The notes under the pieces were generated by a model. The model saw only the letters and a program-made list of their open reading frames with translations. It was not told the origin of the DNA and searched no databases. Positions 61,309 through 64,000 of a stretch of 64,000 nucleotides of DNA are shown here, in pieces (positions within the stretch are counted from its first letter, which is position 1; each line of letters starts with the position of its first letter). The position numbers and the translations under genes are program-made. Origin of the DNA: Ignavibacteria bacterium (GTDB taxonomy: Bacteria > Bacteroidota > Ignavibacteria > Kapaibacteriales > Kapaibacteriaceae). The stretch is taken from assembly GCA_016191145.1 (NCBI GenBank), contig JACPPD010000003.1, positions 352,778-416,777 on the forward strand, given 5' to 3'.

Positions 61309-63309
61309 TAGTTCCATTTCGGCTTCAGCTTTTCTACCTCCATTCCTCTGCTCAGTTACCACGGCGCTCCAATGGGCAGCCGAGTGCAGATAAATAGATA
61401 TCTCCAGCGGTGACTTTCTTTCATATCCTTCGTCGCGCAAACCAGAACGCACCAGCACCTGGTCGCTTGTTATCATGATACTACGTTCAAGGTTGTAGCG
61501 ATCCTTAAGTGAGAGGACAACCTCTTCGCCATTTGTAGGTACGCGCAAAAGGTGCACCCTAATTCGCTGCCAGTTCTCCTGTGTTTCGAGTGTGAGATGC
61601 GATGTGAGGGCATTTGCCTCGTGCATGCTGGCACGACCAAAGACAACATCAAACCGCTTTGCGTTTGATGTTTCGTGTTCCACAGTATCCTGTAATGGTA
61701 TATCAAGATTTATCGATGGAATGATATTCATTTTTCTGAATAACTCCTTCAATTTCTTTCTGAACATCTCATCGAACAGGTGCTTATGCGGAGCAATGTG
61801 CTTTTCGTCGTACCACCAGAACCAATCGGAGGCTTCTAAGCCGTGCCAGATGCCAGGTGCCAGGTGCCAGGTGTCGGGCGCCAGGTGCCAGTCAGCAAGA
61901 GCTCTCACCTCATTAAGCAGAGACCACGCGCGGTTTTTAACCGGTGAGCCTATCCACACATCGAAAGTACCGTTGATCCACGAGCCTGCAGTAACCGATT
62001 TGAGAACGTGGTGATGTTTGTTCCGTGCAGGGCTAGCAGATGCCAACGTCGCTGCCGATGTCTGTACCGCTTCAGCGCAGGTGAGTGTAACGTACGCATT
62101 CTCATCGGTTAATCGGGAAAATAGAGCACGCAGGAAATGTTCTCCATTCCCCTTGTAATATTCCCAGCAATTTTCTCCATCGAGAATAATGGGCACAACA
62201 GCATTTACCAGCTCCTGTTCACCCTTGTTTTGTATGAGGCGCGTACGAATCCTCTCGAGTCTCGAAACAAAATTCTCTACGGCATCATGAGCCTTCCAGG
62301 AAGCGTATTCAAACCCAATGGAATCACTCAAGTTGTGATCGCGGAACAGCGCAGCAATCGAGCCAGAGGTAGTAGGAACATTGTATACGAAGTATGCAGA
62401 CGTCGAATGCCAAGCAGAGCCAAGTGAATTTCGCAAAACTGTTTCGTCGCTCGCAGTCCACACAACACCATGCTGGCACATCACATCCAGCGCCTGCATG
62501 CTGATGCTCCCTTCTGCTGGCCACATCCCTGCAGGACGCGTACCTGAACGCTGGTACCAATCTTCGAGAGCCGAAGCAACGTGCCAATGAGCATCATCCA
62601 CATTGCGGAAAGGCGGATTGGGAACCTGCATGTCGCGACGTGCCTCCCGAGCAGAATCCGTATCGCAAATAAGTGGAAGTATTGGGTGATAGTAAGGTGA
62701 AACGCTGACTTCGATTAGCCCCTCCTCCGACATCTTGCACAACTTTGATTGCACTTGTGCAATCGAGTACAGATGTTCATTCATCACTGCGATGAGATCG
62801 TCGGGCGAAAAATTCCGCCCTTTATCAATCAATGCAGCAACTGCTGGTCTTCGTCGGGACACCGGGCCAACCCATGCAAGCTGCAGCAGAACCATCACGT
62901 CCAGCCAATCCTGGTCGGTGAATTCATTCCATGCATTGTTTGCGAGGTCATCAAACAATTCGTTATAACGCGGCAGAGGTACAACCATCGTATGTCGCTG
63001 AACCGTTACAGCCCATTGTGTTAACTCCGCTTTTTGTTCGCGCGTCAGCGCCGACGGAGCAATTTCGCACAAACGCTGAATCGGGTCCTTACGCCCCCTT
63101 CCATATTCATCCAATTGATAAAGAAGCGAAGGAACAACGTTGATGGTATGTTTCAGCGGATAATCAGAAATGATTTCAAGAAGGTCGAGATAATCCTTTG
63201 CTGCATGCAGGCGCACCCATGGCAGGAAGAAGCCACCATCATCCGTATAGTCTGGTTGATGTTGATGCCACAGAAAGCACAATCTGAGCGGTGGCGATTG
63301 CATTGGCAC
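61300..63309 (-). CDS. Glycoside hydrolase family 57 protein (alpha-glucan acting; amylopullulanase/branching-enzyme-like)
   Basis: N-terminal LCFLWHQHQPDY and the GH57 catalytic region (DGENCWEYY), 669 aa. Confidence 0.7.
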   Translation of the reverse strand: MPMQSPPLRLCFLWHQHQPDYTDDGGFFLPWVRLHAAKDYLDLLEIISDYPLKHTINVVPSLLYQLDEYGRGRKDPIQRLCEIAPSALTREQKAELTQWAVTVQRHTMVVPLPRYNELFDDLANNAWNEFTDQDWLDVMVLLQLAWVGPVSRRRPAVAALIDKGRNFSPDDLIAVMNEHLYSIAQVQSKLCKMSEEGLIEVSVSPYYHPILPLICDTDSAREARRDMQVPNPPFRNVDDAHWHVASALEDWYQRSGTRPAGMWPAEGSISMQALDVMCQHGVVWTASDETVLRNSLGSAWHSTSAYFVYNVPTTSGSIAALFRDHNLSDSIGFEYASWKAHDAVENFVSRLERIRTRLIQNKGEQELVNAVVPIILDGENCWEYYKGNGEHFLRALFSRLTDENAYVTLTCAEAVQTSAATLASASPARNKHHHVLKSVTAGSWINGTFDVWIGSPVKNRAWSLLNEVRALADWHLAPDTWHLAPGIWHGLEASDWFWWYDEKHIAPHKHLFDEMFRKKLKELFRKMNIIPSINLDIPLQDTVEHETSNAKRFDVVFGRASMHEANALTSHLTLETQENWQRIRVHLLRVPTNGEEVVLSLKDRYNLERSIMITSDQVLVRSGLRDEGYERKSPLEISIYLHSAAHWSAVVTEQRNGGRKAEAEMELSL

Positions 63310-63371
63310 AATCTAGTGCAATCCCGGCACCCTCACAACGGCGAAAGAAGATTCCCCTATATTCGCTGCAC

Positions 63372-63444
<73 letters not shown>

Positions 63445-63759
63445 CACAATAGTTATTTCTCAATACGAGTTGAGTGAGCTATACGCATTCGCCACCACGA
63501 TATAAACTCATATACTTAGCAAGGGCGACCGTACAAGAGATATTCAATCTCTCTTTCATCTTCCCGGCAGCATATTAGTCCCCAACCACCCTGACGTCTC
63601 CTCCGGCTTTGTGAACTCGCTATCGCCGTATGTGGTAACACGAAACCATTTCATGATTCCACTGAATAGCAGATGTACTTGCCTGGGTGGACAATGCAAC
63701 AAGCTGCAAAGCTGAAAACGTTCTGCGAATTTGTTGCCTGTGCCTACGAATAGCCTGCG

Positions 63760-64000
63760 TCATTCTTTAAGAGTCGCGTTCCAAAACTCCCTTGTGACCT
63801 TTCCTGCACGCTGTACCGCCGCCTTAAAGCGATCGTCTTTAAACCATCCCGATGCCTTTTCCATGCTCTCCACATTTAATTGAACCAACACGATGTTTGA
63901 GTCGATTTCATCTCTGTAAACGGGTCCGTCCGTCATTCCGTATTCAAGCCTTGCTTGCATGCATTCGTCGTGCGCCTGTCTCCATTGATCAAAGTTTTCA
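63760..64000 (-). CDS. Hypothetical protein, C-terminal part (gene starts beyond window end); small alpha+beta-barrel-like
   Basis: The ORF stays open to the window edge (manual translation upstream of the Met at 63960 gives ...ENFDQWRQAHDEC with no stop). No confident family. Confidence 0.3.
   Translation of the reverse strand, partial: ENFDQWRQAHDECMQARLEYGMTDGPVYRDEIDSNIVLVQLNVESMEKASGWFKDDRFKAAVQRAGKVTREFWNATLKE

Overview
The window is a densely coding bacterial chromosomal segment of about 50% GC, with roughly 55 protein genes, one tRNA and no rRNA or CRISPR. Most genes are recognisable housekeeping functions.

DNA repair and recombination: mfd, uvrA, recA, comEC, and a recX-like ORF that is fused in frame to an envelope domain.

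Central metabolism: sucC, an OdhA/Kgd-type 2-oxoglutarate dehydrogenase with an E2 domain fused to E1o, a single-chain methylmalonyl-CoA mutase and its G-protein MeaB (37 kb away), purB and glmS.

Envelope: lptD-like, kdsC, a CDP-alcohol phosphatidyltransferase, a GT-C glycosyltransferase and a PhnD-like binding protein.

Translation and RNA: rpmB, prmA, tsaB, rnhB, ftsY, queD-folE and tRNA-Gly(CCC).

TAnnTTTG-like -7 motifs, a TrxR-type ferredoxin-NADP reductase and a PD40/CarboxypepD_reg/OmpA domain architecture hint at an FCB-group-like host (Bacteroidota/Chlorobiota/Ignavibacteriota relatives). This is inference only.

The stretches that look non-housekeeping are:
- a roughly 500-bp array of about nine tandem GC-rich 45-55 bp hairpin repeats between the epimerase and pepF genes;
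- a 5.5-kb co-directional cluster (20.1-25.7 kb) of five hypothetical secreted or membrane proteins, including tail-fibre-like and extreme Gly-run proteins;
- a TPR / HicB-like / CPBP protease / TPR-like block (43.8-47.7 kb);
- the RecX-TM-PD40-OmpA in-frame fusion;
- two conspicuous palindromes in the sucA-pgeF and comEC-recA intergenic regions.

Nothing here resembles a known defence system. The secreted-repeat gene cluster and the RecX-envelope fusion are the best candidates for undescribed biology.
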